Shown in pieces: positions 1 through 9,021 of a stretch of DNA of 64,000 nt; the stretch's first letter is position 1, and every line of letters begins with the position of its first letter. A model generated the notes under the pieces. That model was not told the DNA's origin, did not search any database, and saw only the letters and a program-made list of their open reading frames with translations. The DNA comes from Elusimicrobiales bacterium (GTDB lineage Bacteria > Elusimicrobiota > Elusimicrobia > Elusimicrobiales > UBA9959), in contig JAVHLJ010000003.1 of the NCBI GenBank assembly GCA_031082205.1, forward strand, positions 890 through 64,889, in the 5' to 3' direction. The position numbers and the translations under genes are program-made.

Positions 1-732
1 GCCGGCCTGGAGGATTCGCTCGGCTTCCAGCTCTCGCAGGGCTGGATGGTGGACGTGAAAATCCCGCCGGCTTCGGCCTACAAGACCATACTTTCCAATC
101 TTCTGGCCTCCATGGACGTCAAGCTTTCTGACGAGGACGTTGACAGGATATTCATGGACCGGATGATGTCGTTCAACGACGTCACCCGGACCCTGGAGCA
201 GCTGCGCAAGCTGGAGAAGTTCGTCAGCAACGCCATGTCCTCCAAGGGCAACAGGGAGATGCTGGATACCCTGCTCGGCATTTCCGAGACCGCGATAGCC
301 GGAGCGGTCTCCGAGGCCGACTACGGCTCGGCCATGGGCTGGCAGCCCGCCGAGAACCAGTGGTTCAAGTGGGGCCTTTTCTACCCCAAGGGCTACGAGA
401 AGGAGGCCAAGTTCGCCCTGTACAGCGCTTCGGCCCGGGCCAAAGAACTCGGCATTTCCGTCGCCTGGAGCCAGGTCTTCACCGAATCCTACGACCCGGA
501 CGAGCTTTACGGCACTCCTTTCAGGATAGGGAACTTCACTTCCGAAAAGACGGTCAACGGCCTCATAATACTGGGTCCTCAGCCCTCGTCCGCTCTTGGG
601 GCGCAGGAAGCCGAATTCCGGCACATAACGGAAAAGATCCTCCGCAGCTATTCGGTCAAGAACGCCTGGCTGAGCAGCAACAGCCTCAAGTCCCCGTCCG
701 CCTACGCGCGGCTCCTGATGGACCTGATGTAG
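1..732 (+). CDS. hypothetical protein, 5'-truncated by window edge
   Basis: Frame 1 is open from nt 1 (AGLEDSLGFQLSQGW precedes the first in-window ATG at 46) to TAG at 730-732. Composition is balanced, unlike the shadow ORFs. No family recognised by eye. Confidence 0.6.
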   Translation, partial: AGLEDSLGFQLSQGWMVDVKIPPASAYKTILSNLLASMDVKLSDEDVDRIFMDRMMSFNDVTRTLEQLRKLEKFVSNAMSSKGNREMLDTLLGISETAIAGAVSEADYGSAMGWQPAENQWFKWGLFYPKGYEKEAKFALYSASARAKELGISVAWSQVFTESYDPDELYGTPFRIGNFTSEKTVNGLIILGPQPSSALGAQEAEFRHITEKILRSYSVKNAWLSSNSLKSPSAYARLLMDLM

Positions 733-746
733 GTGACGATAGGCAC

Positions 747-2666
747 ATGCAAGACATTCTCGCTTCGGTAACGCTCGGCGCCGTCCTGGCTTTCGCCGCC
801 TGGTGGTATCTCAAGTTCCGCTATCTCCTGCCGGCCGAGCGCCGGCTCAAGCGGTCCGAAAAGGAGCTCTCCGGCTTCGCCGAGTTCGCGCGCGAGTCCC
901 TGGAGCATTCCTCCGTCCCGGATTCGCAGGAACATTACCTCGACATAGCCGAGTACTATTTCATAAAGCTGCACGCTATTTTCGCCGGCGGCGTCCTTGC
1001 CGCTTTCGAAAGGTCCGGCGGAGGCTGGCGCATGGCCGGCCTGTACAGCGACCAGCGCAGCGGTCAGTCGGCCGGGGCCGTGTTCGCCTGGGACCCGCTG
1101 GACCGCTGCGTGAACGAGGGGGAGTTCCTCTTCCAGGCCCCGCTGGACCCCGCCCCGCCCGGGGACCTCTTTTCCGGCATGGGCGCGGCCCTGCTTTGCC
1201 CTTTCATGCCCTCCCACGGCGCGTACAGGAGGGTCGTGGTATTCGCGCACCCCAGCCCGCGGAAGGTGGAGGAGTCCCTCCCCTATCTCCGCTTCCTGAT
1301 GCCTTATCTCAATTCCGTCTGGCGCATGGCGGAGAAGAATTTCGCCCTTAAGAAGGAGACCGAGCAGCTCAAAGGCGAGCTCTCCGCCGTCCTGCAGGAG
1401 CTCGACGCCGCGGGCTCAAGGCTGATACAGCGGGCCAAGGAGCGCAAGGCCCTCTACGAGGTGGTGACCAAGGCTACGGGAGTGGAGAAGGATATGAGCA
1501 TGGGCTGTTCGGCCGTGCTCAACATCGTAGCCAAGATAGCCGAGGCCGACGTGGCGGCCGTGCTGCTTTACGACGACTCCCGCAACGAGCTGGTCGCCCA
1601 CCCGGGCTCGTACGGTATCCCGGACGACGAGAGGCTGCATTACAGCATACCGATAACCAACACCTCGTCCGCCTCGGTGCGGGCTTTCGTGAACCGCGAG
1701 GCTTTCATGAGCCCGGACGCGCAGAACGACCCGGACGTCATCGGGCATCACGCGAAGCTCTGGAACATACGCTCGCTGATGATAGTCCCCATAGTGCTGG
1801 GCGAACGCGTCATAGGGGTGCTGCGGGTCGGCAGTCTCAAACCCGACTTTTTTACCCCGGACCAGCTGGAGTTCCTGACCATAATAGCCGACGAGCTGGC
1901 GATGATAATAGAGATGACCACGCTCTACGAGAACGCGACCCGCACGGCCCAGGAGCTGGCCCAGCTAAACAAGCTCAAGGACGAGTTCCTCGCGACCGTC
2001 AGCCATGAGCTAAAGACGCCGCTGACCACCATAAAGGGTTTCGTTTCCGTGATCCTCAGCGGCGAAGTCGGCTCTCTCAACGAGCAGCAGTCCAACTTCC
2101 TCTCGGTGGTGGACCAGTCGGCCAACCGCCTTACGCACCTGATCTCCAACCTGCTCGACTTCTCCCGCCTCAACGGCAAGGTGGAGATGGAGTTCCAGCC
2201 GGTCAACATCCGCGAGCTGGTCTCCCACTCCATCAGCAACATGCTGCTCAAGGCGCGCGAGAAGGAGATAGAGATAGAGTCCCGTTTCGCGGGCAAGCTC
2301 CCGGACGTCTACGCCGACAGCCGCTGGATAACGCAGGTCATAGACAACCTGCTGATAAACGCCATAAAGTTCTCCCGCCGCGGCTGCACGGTCAAGGTCA
2401 CCGGGCAGGACAAGGGCGAGGCCGTGGTCATTTCGGTCGAGGACGACGGCCCCGGCATACCGGAAGAGGAGAAAAAACTCGTTTTCGAGAAGTTCTACCG
2501 CGGCAAGAACAGCGTAAACCAGGTCCCCGGCACGGGGCTGGGCCTTGCCATATCCAAATCCGTCATAGAGAAGCATGGCGGCAGGATCTGGCTCGAGACC
2601 CCTCCCGGCAACGGGGCGCGGTTCAATTTCGCCCTGCCCGTGCACAAGGTCAAGGCTCAGCCGTAA
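747..2666 (+). CDS. membrane-anchored GAF-domain sensor histidine kinase
   Basis: The ATG at 747 is in frame with track ORF 360..2666. The upstream part of that ORF overlaps the previous gene and is Arg/Pro-rich. N-terminal TM helix (ASVTLGAVLAFAAWWYL), GAF-like middle region, H-box SHELKTPLTTIKG, and HATPase motifs DDGPGIPEEE and GTGLGLAISK. Confidence 0.9.
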   Translation: MQDILASVTLGAVLAFAAWWYLKFRYLLPAERRLKRSEKELSGFAEFARESLEHSSVPDSQEHYLDIAEYYFIKLHAIFAGGVLAAFERSGGGWRMAGLYSDQRSGQSAGAVFAWDPLDRCVNEGEFLFQAPLDPAPPGDLFSGMGAALLCPFMPSHGAYRRVVVFAHPSPRKVEESLPYLRFLMPYLNSVWRMAEKNFALKKETEQLKGELSAVLQELDAAGSRLIQRAKERKALYEVVTKATGVEKDMSMGCSAVLNIVAKIAEADVAAVLLYDDSRNELVAHPGSYGIPDDERLHYSIPITNTSSASVRAFVNREAFMSPDAQNDPDVIGHHAKLWNIRSLMIVPIVLGERVIGVLRVGSLKPDFFTPDQLEFLTIIADELAMIIEMTTLYENATRTAQELAQLNKLKDEFLATVSHELKTPLTTIKGFVSVILSGEVGSLNEQQSNFLSVVDQSANRLTHLISNLLDFSRLNGKVEMEFQPVNIRELVSHSISNMLLKAREKEIEIESRFAGKLPDVYADSRWITQVIDNLLINAIKFSRRGCTVKVTGQDKGEAVVISVEDDGPGIPEEEKKLVFEKFYRGKNSVNQVPGTGLGLAISKSVIEKHGGRIWLETPPGNGARFNFALPVHKVKAQP

Positions 2667-2683
2667 CCGGAGGGTCAAGCGAT

Positions 2684-3739
2684 ATGAAAAAAGCCACGAT
2701 ACTTATGTTCCTGGCGATGTCCGCGGCGCTGGCCGGCTGCGCAGGCCCCGGCCGCGGCGCCGGCGCCGGCCCGCTCGAAGCGGTCGAAGCCGAGGGTTAC
2801 GCGGATACGGGCGGCAAGGACCCTTCAGCGGCCCGCCCGCCGGCGCTCGCCGCCGCCGAGCGCGCGGCGCTTAAAAAGACCGCCGCTCTTTTTTCCGACG
2901 ACCCCTCGGCCGCGGAGGCCGTCCTCTCCAGGCAATCCTATTACGTCAAAAAGAGCAAGGTTCTTTCCGAAAAAAGGATCGACGGTTTTCTTTCCCTGCG
3001 AGCCAGGGTGTGGATATACATAGACAGGGTGCGGCACGCCGTCGCCCCTTCCGCCGCCTCCGCGGCGGGACCGAGGCTGCTGCTGGCCGTTTCCGGCGAC
3101 TCCGGGGCCAGCGGGGAAACGGCTTTCAGGAACGCCGCCGTTTCTTCGATGGGAGCTTCTTTCATGTCCGCCGGAGAAGGCGAGGACGCCGCCGCGCTCA
3201 CCGGCCGCGCCGCGGCTTCCGGCGCCCGCGCCGCCGTCAGCGCGCGCTTCTCGGTCAGGCCCCTGGAGGCGGCCGTGGGCGGCGGCCTGGCCCAGGCTTC
3301 CGCCGAGGCTTCGGCCGTGGTTATGGACGCACGCGGAGGCGAAAATCTGGCCGAGTTCTCCGTTTCGGCAGCCGGCATGGGCCCGGACCGCGCCTCCGCA
3401 GCGGCCAAGGCCCTGTCCGAGGCCGGCGCCGCGCTGGGCCGCGAACTGGGCTCCAGGCTCGGGGGAAAGCTCAAGGGCGAGGACAGGGGTTTCACTCTCA
3501 GGTTCTCAGGCGCCCCCGGAATAGACAGCATTTCTGCGCTCGCCGCCTCGGTGGAGGGGATATCTGCGGTGAGGAGGGTCACGGTGGTCTCCTACGCCGA
3601 AGGCGAGGCCGAACTGGCGGTTTACGCGGACAGGATGAGCCCCGAGGAATTCGCCAGCCTGGTGCTGCGCGCGGCCGGTGATTCCCTGGTCATAGACGGC
3701 ATAGAAGCTTCAGAGGTCGCTTTCAGATACATGAGATGA
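2684..3739 (+). CDS. Ala-rich lipoprotein, first gene of a CsgG-family lipoprotein operon (possibly LPP20/FlgT-like)
   Basis: Signal peptide plus lipobox (MFLAMSAALAGC). GGAGGG Shine-Dalgarno upstream. Its stop overlaps the next start (ATGA at 3736-3739). The domain guess is by eye only. Confidence 0.7.
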   Translation: MKKATILMFLAMSAALAGCAGPGRGAGAGPLEAVEAEGYADTGGKDPSAARPPALAAAERAALKKTAALFSDDPSAAEAVLSRQSYYVKKSKVLSEKRIDGFLSLRARVWIYIDRVRHAVAPSAASAAGPRLLLAVSGDSGASGETAFRNAAVSSMGASFMSAGEGEDAAALTGRAAASGARAAVSARFSVRPLEAAVGGGLAQASAEASAVVMDARGGENLAEFSVSAAGMGPDRASAAAKALSEAGAALGRELGSRLGGKLKGEDRGFTLRFSGAPGIDSISALAASVEGISAVRRVTVVSYAEGEAELAVYADRMSPEEFASLVLRAAGDSLVIDGIEASEVAFRYMR

Positions 3740-4338
3740 ACTTCCGCCGCGCTTTCCTTCTTCCGCTGCTGCTGGCCGCCTGCGCGGCGAGGCCGGCGTA
3801 TTTCGTGGCGCCGGGCTTCGCTCCCCCGGCGGAACCCGTGGCGCTCCTGCCCTTCGAGAACGAGACGGTGGACCTGGCGGCCGAGGATTATCTCTACAAG
3901 CTGGCCGCCGAGCGGATAGCCGCCAGGGGCTACTCCCTGATACAGGGCGAGCCGGTCCTGGAAGGGCTCAAGGGGATAGGGATAACGGACGCCGGCCAGA
4001 TGGCCTCGGCCACGCCGGAGATCATAGGCCGCGCCGTGGGGTCGGGGCTGCTCCTTTACGGGGTGGTGGAGGACTTCACTTTCCAGAACCTCGGTTTCGT
4101 GGTGAGGAAGAGCGTAAAGCTGCGGCTGAAGCTGGTTTCGGCGGCCACCGGGGAGGTCCTGTACGAGGGAGAGGGGACCGGGAGGGACGTCAAGGTCTAC
4201 CTCGACAGGGAGGAAGCCAAGAAGGCTTTCGTGGAGCAGATGGCCATCAAGCTGGTGCAGAACATGCTCAAGTCGCCGCTGGCCAAGGAGGCCGAGCGCG
4301 CGGCGGCCGACGCCGTCGCCGGACTGCCCGCCCGCTGA
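3736..4338 (+). CDS. DUF799/GNA1162-like lipoprotein
   Basis: Lipobox LLLAAC, followed by LLPFENETVD...LLYGVVEDF, which is typical of the DUF799 family usually encoded next to CsgG-like genes. Confidence 0.7.
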   Translation: MNFRRAFLLPLLLAACAARPAYFVAPGFAPPAEPVALLPFENETVDLAAEDYLYKLAAERIAARGYSLIQGEPVLEGLKGIGITDAGQMASATPEIIGRAVGSGLLLYGVVEDFTFQNLGFVVRKSVKLRLKLVSAATGEVLYEGEGTGRDVKVYLDREEAKKAFVEQMAIKLVQNMLKSPLAKEAERAAADAVAGLPAR

Positions 4339-4377
4339 GGGGCTGGAACTTTTCAGTTCATATTCAGGAGGGGTCTT

Positions 4378-5310
4378 ATGAAAAAAACTTGGATGATACT
4401 GCCGCTGCTGCTGGCCGCGGCCTGCGCGCCTTCGCGGTCCGTGAAAATGGACCACGCGCTGACGGTCAAGGAGACCGAGAAGGTCAAGTCGGCCTACACG
4501 GGCCCCAAGCGCCGCATCGGCGTGGTGGAGTTCGAGAACAAGTCGGCCTACGGCCAGGGGCGCCTGGGCGGCGCCGCCTCGGACATACTCATAACCGAGC
4601 TGGTCAAATCCGGAAAGTTCATAGTGGTCGAGCGCGACCGGATGGAAAAGATAATGGCGGAGCAGAAGATGCAGTCCCAGGGTACCGTCGACCCGCAGAC
4701 GGCCGTAAAGCTGGGCCGCATCATGGGCCTGGAGGCGATAGTGGTAGGCGCGGTTTCCCAGTTCGGCGTCAACAAGCAGGGCTCCGACTACCTCATACGC
4801 CAGACCAAGCAGCAGGTGGCCGACGTCACCGTGGACATCCGCCTCATCGACGTGCAGAGCGGGCAGGTGCTGATGGCCGATTCCGGCAAGGGCCAGGCCA
4901 AGTCCAAGTCCGGCAGCTTCCTGGGCATGGGCACCAAGGGCGGCTACGACGAGACGCTCGAGGGCGAGGCCCTGCGCGGCGCCATCGTGAAGTTCGTCGA
5001 CAATATCGCCAACCAGATGAACTCCAAGCCCTGGTCCTGCCGCATAGCGGACGCCTACGACCAGGACATCTACCTCAACGCCGGCCAGGAGTCGGGCCTT
5101 AAGACCGGGCTGACGCTGTCCTGCTTCAGCCAGGGCGCCGAGATACGCGACCCGCGCTCCAACCTCGTCATAGGCCACAGGGAATCCTACCTGGGCGACG
5201 TGGAGATAGACCGCTGGTGCGGCGAGTCCGGCGACTGCTCGGTGGCGAAGCTCGTCAAGCGCGGCTCCGCCTCCCCGAAGGCCGGGGACATCTGCCGGCT
5301 GGCGAAATAA
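4378..5310 (+). CDS. CsgG/HfaB-family outer-membrane lipoprotein (curli-type secretion channel family)
   Basis: Lipobox LLLAAAC. The CsgG-like core RIGVVEFENKS...ASDILITELVKSGKFIVVERDRMEKIMAEQ...AIVVGAVSQFG is recognisable. AGGAGG Shine-Dalgarno. Confidence 0.85.
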   Translation: MKKTWMILPLLLAAACAPSRSVKMDHALTVKETEKVKSAYTGPKRRIGVVEFENKSAYGQGRLGGAASDILITELVKSGKFIVVERDRMEKIMAEQKMQSQGTVDPQTAVKLGRIMGLEAIVVGAVSQFGVNKQGSDYLIRQTKQQVADVTVDIRLIDVQSGQVLMADSGKGQAKSKSGSFLGMGTKGGYDETLEGEALRGAIVKFVDNIANQMNSKPWSCRIADAYDQDIYLNAGQESGLKTGLTLSCFSQGAEIRDPRSNLVIGHRESYLGDVEIDRWCGESGDCSVAKLVKRGSASPKAGDICRLAK

Positions 5311-5344
5311 CAGGCCGGCGCCGGCCGGCCCGGCGGACTTTTTT

Positions 5345-6874
5345 ATGCTGGCTAAGCTCAACAGCCTGGGGCTGAAAGGGATAGAGGGTTACGCCGTGGG
5401 GGTGGAAGTGGACATCGCCCCCGGGCTGCCCTCGTATTCCGTAGTGGGCCTGCCCGACGCCGCGGTCAAGGAGTCCAAGGACCGCGTGGTGGCGGCGATA
5501 CGCAATTCGGGCTTCGAGCTGCCCTCGCGCCGGGTCACGGTGAACCTGGCCCCGGCCGAGATACGCAAGGCAGGGACCCATTTCGACCTCCCCATAGCGC
5601 TCGGGATGCTCCTTGCCGCCGAGACGCTGGACGGCAGGGACGCCGGGGCCGCGGGCGCAGTCTTCCTGGGCGAGCTGGCTCTCGATGGCGCCATAAAGCC
5701 CGTAGTGGGCGTGCTCCCCATGCTGCTCAGCCTGAAAGCTTCCGGCTACTCCGGTCCCGTGGTAGTGCCCGCCTCCAACGCGGCGGAGGCCGCTCTCGCG
5801 GGGCTCGGCGCCCTGGCCGCCTCCACGCTGTCCGAAGCCGCGGCCTGGCTGGCCGGCAAAGGCTCCCTTCCCGCCTGCGCCCCGGGGGCCGCTCCCGAAG
5901 GGACGCCGTCCCCCGGCGACATGGCCGAGGTTAAGAGCCAGGCCTTCGCCAAGCGCGCGCTGGAGATAGCCGCCGCCGGTTTCCATAACATAATAATGGT
6001 CGGCCCGCCCGGCTCCGGCAAGAGCATGCTGGCCAAGCGTTTTTCCTCGATATTGCCGCCGCTGACCGAAGAACAGTCGCTGGAAACCACCAAGATCTAT
6101 TCGGTATGCGGGTTGCTGTCCCGCGCCAGGCTGATAACGGAGAGGCCTTTCCGGGAGCCGCATCACAGCATCTCCGACGCCGCGCTGATAGGGGGCGGCT
6201 CCAGCCCTAAGCCGGGGGAAGTGTCGCTGGCCCATAACGGCGTCCTTTTCCTCGACGAGTTCCCGGAATTCTCCCGGGCCTCCATAGAGTCCCTCCGGGA
6301 GCCTCTCGAGTCCCGGCGGGTGACGGTCTCCCGCGTGAGGGATACCGTATCTTTTCCGGCGCGTTTCGCGCTGGTGGCCGCCATGAACCCCTGTCCCTGC
6401 GGCTACCTCGGTCACGCCTCGCGCCAGTGCTCCTGCAATCCGCTGCAGGTACAGAAGTACCGCGCCCGGGTCTCTGGGCCGGTGCTGGACCGGATAGACC
6501 TGCACGTGCAGCTCTCGGCCCTCAAGTACGCCGACTGGTCGGCCCTGCCGTCCGGCGAGACTTCCGCCTCCGTGCGGGAGCGCGTCATCGAAGCTGGGCG
6601 GCGGCAGCGGGCCCGGTTCAATGACGGCCGCGCCGTTCCCAACGCGCTGATGAACGTCAGGCAGATAAGGGAGCATTGCCGCCTGCCTTCGGGAGCCTCG
6701 GAGCTGCTCGAGAAGGCCATGGACAGGATGGGATTCTCCGCGCGGAGCCTGGACAAGATAATGCGCGTGGCCAGGACCATAGCCGACCTGGCCGGCGCCG
6801 GGGATATAGGCAGGGAACATGTCATGGAGGCGGTGCAGTACAGGTCGCTGGACCGCGCGGTGGAGACGGTTTAA
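5345..6874 (+). CDS. comM: YifB/ComM-family Mg-chelatase-like ATPase
   Basis: Typical N-terminus MLAKLNSLGLKGIEGYAVGVEVDI, Walker A GPPGSGKS, LFLDEFPEF, and the C-terminal ChlI-like region. Confidence 0.9.
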   Translation: MLAKLNSLGLKGIEGYAVGVEVDIAPGLPSYSVVGLPDAAVKESKDRVVAAIRNSGFELPSRRVTVNLAPAEIRKAGTHFDLPIALGMLLAAETLDGRDAGAAGAVFLGELALDGAIKPVVGVLPMLLSLKASGYSGPVVVPASNAAEAALAGLGALAASTLSEAAAWLAGKGSLPACAPGAAPEGTPSPGDMAEVKSQAFAKRALEIAAAGFHNIIMVGPPGSGKSMLAKRFSSILPPLTEEQSLETTKIYSVCGLLSRARLITERPFREPHHSISDAALIGGGSSPKPGEVSLAHNGVLFLDEFPEFSRASIESLREPLESRRVTVSRVRDTVSFPARFALVAAMNPCPCGYLGHASRQCSCNPLQVQKYRARVSGPVLDRIDLHVQLSALKYADWSALPSGETSASVRERVIEAGRRQRARFNDGRAVPNALMNVRQIREHCRLPSGASELLEKAMDRMGFSARSLDKIMRVARTIADLAGAGDIGREHVMEAVQYRSLDRAVETV

Positions 6875-6903
6875 CCAAAATAACGGAGTCCGGAGGAACA
6901 AAG

Positions 6904-7710
6904 ATGAAGATGATCCTAATTTCCGCGGTGCTGGCGCTGGCGCCGCTCTGCGCGGAGGCGCAGGAGACGGCCCGGAAAGAAGCCGGGGTGCTCAAAGTCA
7001 CCAAGCGGCATCAGGTGGCCGACGGCGACACGCTCTGGGACCTGGCGGGTAAATATTACGCCGACCCTTTCAAGTGGGGCAGGATATACAACGCCAACAT
7101 GGGGCTGGTGGCCAACCCGGACCTCATACTGCCCAAATGGGAACTGGTCATCCCCGGCCTGACCGACGAGGTCAAGGCCGCCGCTCCCGTCATGCCCGAA
7201 GAGGTCGAGGAGCTGGCTGCCCCTCCCGCCGAGCCGGCCGGGCCTTCCGCTCTTCCCGCCGCTCCCGTCCGGGCGCCCGCGGCCCCTCCCGCGGACCGGC
7301 AGGCGCAGGGCCTCGGCTCCCACCAGGAACTCCCGCACCTCTCCGAGGAAATGCCCGAGGACCAGAAGGAGTGGAAATCTTTTCTGCCGACAAAGCTGGC
7401 CGGCCCGGACTGGAGGCCGGACGGGGAGGTCCTGGGCCTCGAGGACGAGGATTCGTTCGAGGCCGGACTTTCTTTCACCGGCGCCACGGTCTCGGTCCGA
7501 ATGCGCTCCGGCGTGATGTGCAAGGCGGGCGATTACCTGGAAGTCTACAAGATAGGCTCCACCGTGACGCGCGACGGCAAGGTCGCCGGCACGGAGATAC
7601 AGCGCGTGGCGCTGCTGGAAGTCGTTTCTTCCGGCGGCCGCGACCTGAAAGCGCGCGTACTGGACGCCAACAGCTCCGTGCATAAGGGCCTTTCCGTAAA
7701 GAAGAAGTGA
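6904..7710 (+). CDS. secreted LysM-domain protein with Pro/Ala-rich linker
   Basis: The ATG at 6904 is in frame with ORF 6676..7710. Signal peptide MKMILISAVLALAPLCAEA. LysM motif HQVADGDTLWDLAGKYYADPFKWGRIYNAN. Confidence 0.8.
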   Translation: MKMILISAVLALAPLCAEAQETARKEAGVLKVTKRHQVADGDTLWDLAGKYYADPFKWGRIYNANMGLVANPDLILPKWELVIPGLTDEVKAAAPVMPEEVEELAAPPAEPAGPSALPAAPVRAPAAPPADRQAQGLGSHQELPHLSEEMPEDQKEWKSFLPTKLAGPDWRPDGEVLGLEDEDSFEAGLSFTGATVSVRMRSGVMCKAGDYLEVYKIGSTVTRDGKVAGTEIQRVALLEVVSSGGRDLKARVLDANSSVHKGLSVKKK

Positions 7711-7725
7711 TCGAGAGGGGGGGCG

Positions 7726-8853
7726 GTGCGGGCTGAAACCATTACGGACGCCGAAAAGACGGCCAGGCTGCGGCTCAACGCCGCTGCCTGCCTCAAGGGG
7801 GACTGGGCGCTGCGCCTGATAGACCTCTACGGCAGCGCGCAGGAGGCGCTTAAGGTCTCGCCATGGGACCTGGCGGCGGAAGGCGGCCTTACTTTCACGG
7901 GCGCGCAGCGCGCCCTGCGCGAAGCCGCGGCCCACGATCCCGAAAAAGAAATTTCCCGCTGCGGATCGATGGGCATCTCGCTGGTTTTCGACGGGACGCC
8001 GGAGTACCCGGCCGCGCTCAAGGACCTCCCCGACAGGCCGCTCGTCATATATATGCGGGGGAAACTGGAAGGACGCGCCCCCGTGGGAATGGTCGGCACC
8101 CGCCTGCCTACGCCTTACGGACGGCGCCTGGCCGGACGCATAGCCGCCGACCTGGCCGGCGCCGGCGCCACCGTCGTCAGCGGCCTGGCCCGGGGCGTGG
8201 ACACCATCTGCCACGAGGCCGCCGTGAAGGCGGAGAAGCCCACCTGGGCCGTGGTCGGCACCGGCCTGGATTCCTGCTATCCCCTGGAGAACCGCCGGCT
8301 GATGGAAAGGATCCTGGAGACCGGCGGGGCCGTGCTCAGCGAACTGCCTCTGGGCGCGGGCCCGATGCCGGCCCATTTCCCGCGCCGCAACAGGATAATC
8401 GCCGGCCTCTCGCTGGCCACCGTCGTCATAGAGGGAGGATTCGCGTCGGGCGCCCTCATAACCGCGCGTTTCGCCCTGGAATACGGGCGCGACGTCCTGG
8501 CCCTTCCGGGTCCGGCCGATTCCGACATGAGCCGCGGCCCGAATAAACTACTTAAGGACGGCGCCGCGCCGGTGGAGGGCGCAGCCGACGTGCTGGCCGC
8601 TCTGCCGCCAGAGGTGCTGGCGGGTCTCAAGTCCGCCCGACGCCGGGCCGCCCGCAAGGCCCGCAAGGGGCCCGATGGCGACGCGGGCGAGCTGTTCGCC
8701 CTTGTCTCGGCGGAGAAGGACTCCGGCCTGACGGCCGACGCCCTGGTGGAGCGGCTGGGCTGGACCGTGCCCCGCGCCGCCGCCGCCATCTTCGAGCTCG
8801 AGGCCCTCGGCTTCATCTCCCAGACCGCCGGCAAATACTTCCCCCAGGAATAG
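7726..8853 (+). CDS. dprA: DNA-processing protein DprA (Smf)
   Basis: GTG start. Rossmann-fold core GTRLPTPYGRRLAGRIAADLAGAGATVVSGLARGVDTICHEAA...FPRRNRIIAGLS. C-terminal winged-helix-like tail. Confidence 0.9.
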   Translation: MRAETITDAEKTARLRLNAAACLKGDWALRLIDLYGSAQEALKVSPWDLAAEGGLTFTGAQRALREAAAHDPEKEISRCGSMGISLVFDGTPEYPAALKDLPDRPLVIYMRGKLEGRAPVGMVGTRLPTPYGRRLAGRIAADLAGAGATVVSGLARGVDTICHEAAVKAEKPTWAVVGTGLDSCYPLENRRLMERILETGGAVLSELPLGAGPMPAHFPRRNRIIAGLSLATVVIEGGFASGALITARFALEYGRDVLALPGPADSDMSRGPNKLLKDGAAPVEGAADVLAALPPEVLAGLKSARRRAARKARKGPDGDAGELFALVSAEKDSGLTADALVERLGWTVPRAAAAIFELEALGFISQTAGKYFPQE

Positions 8854-8855
8854 AC

Positions 8856-8878
8856 GGGGTCAGGTCTTTTCTTTACCT
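8856..8878. repeat. solo copy related to the arm of the 40908-40993 inverted-repeat element
   Basis: GGGGTCAGGTCTTTTCTTTACCT. Its first 14 nt are identical to the reverse complement of the right arm at 40969-40993 (GGGGTCAGGTCTTTACTTTTGACCT), and about 21 of 25 positions align. It sits 2 nt after the dprA stop. Confidence 0.5.
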
Positions 8879-9021
8879 CATGTTCCTCGCCGCGTGTCCC
8901 CGCGGGCTGGCAGGCCGCTATGCCCCCGAATAATTACTCCTGTCCATGAAAACAGCGCGCCGGCGGGGGGAGGGTGTTTTGCCATCAAGGATATAATAAA
9001 GATACAATACGTAACTATATT

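Noticed and set aside
360-746. N-terminal 129-aa extension of the histidine-kinase ORF (the track starts it at 360).
   Set aside because: It overlaps the preceding gene in another frame and is Arg/Pro/Gly-rich. An in-frame ATG at 747 with an upstream AGGTGA gives a sensible TM-first kinase. The same logic was used to trim ORFs 6676, 8974, 12640, 15256-16455, 18028, 21519-22589, 23857-25824, 25293-26078, 26596-28467, 34744, 37086, 38405, 56662, 59961-61034 and 60686-62107.
5311-5344. GC-rich palindrome GGCCGGCGCCGGCC followed by TTTTTT just before the comM ATG, considered as a terminator after the csgG-like gene.
   Set aside because: The best stem is not adjacent to the T-run, and the T-run abuts the comM start codon. 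It is too ambiguous to list as a feature.
3622-5361. Long antisense ORFs throughout the track, for example 3622..5361(-), 5255..6901(-), 6916..8376(-), 8878..10209(-), 16155..18077(+), 30912..33857(-), 42590..44323(-), 53549..55264(-).
   Set aside because: Each lies opposite or out of frame to a gene with clear family motifs. They are dominated by Arg, Gly, Pro, Ala, His and Leu, and they lack Shine-Dalgarno sequences or signal features. These are typical GC-driven shadow ORFs.
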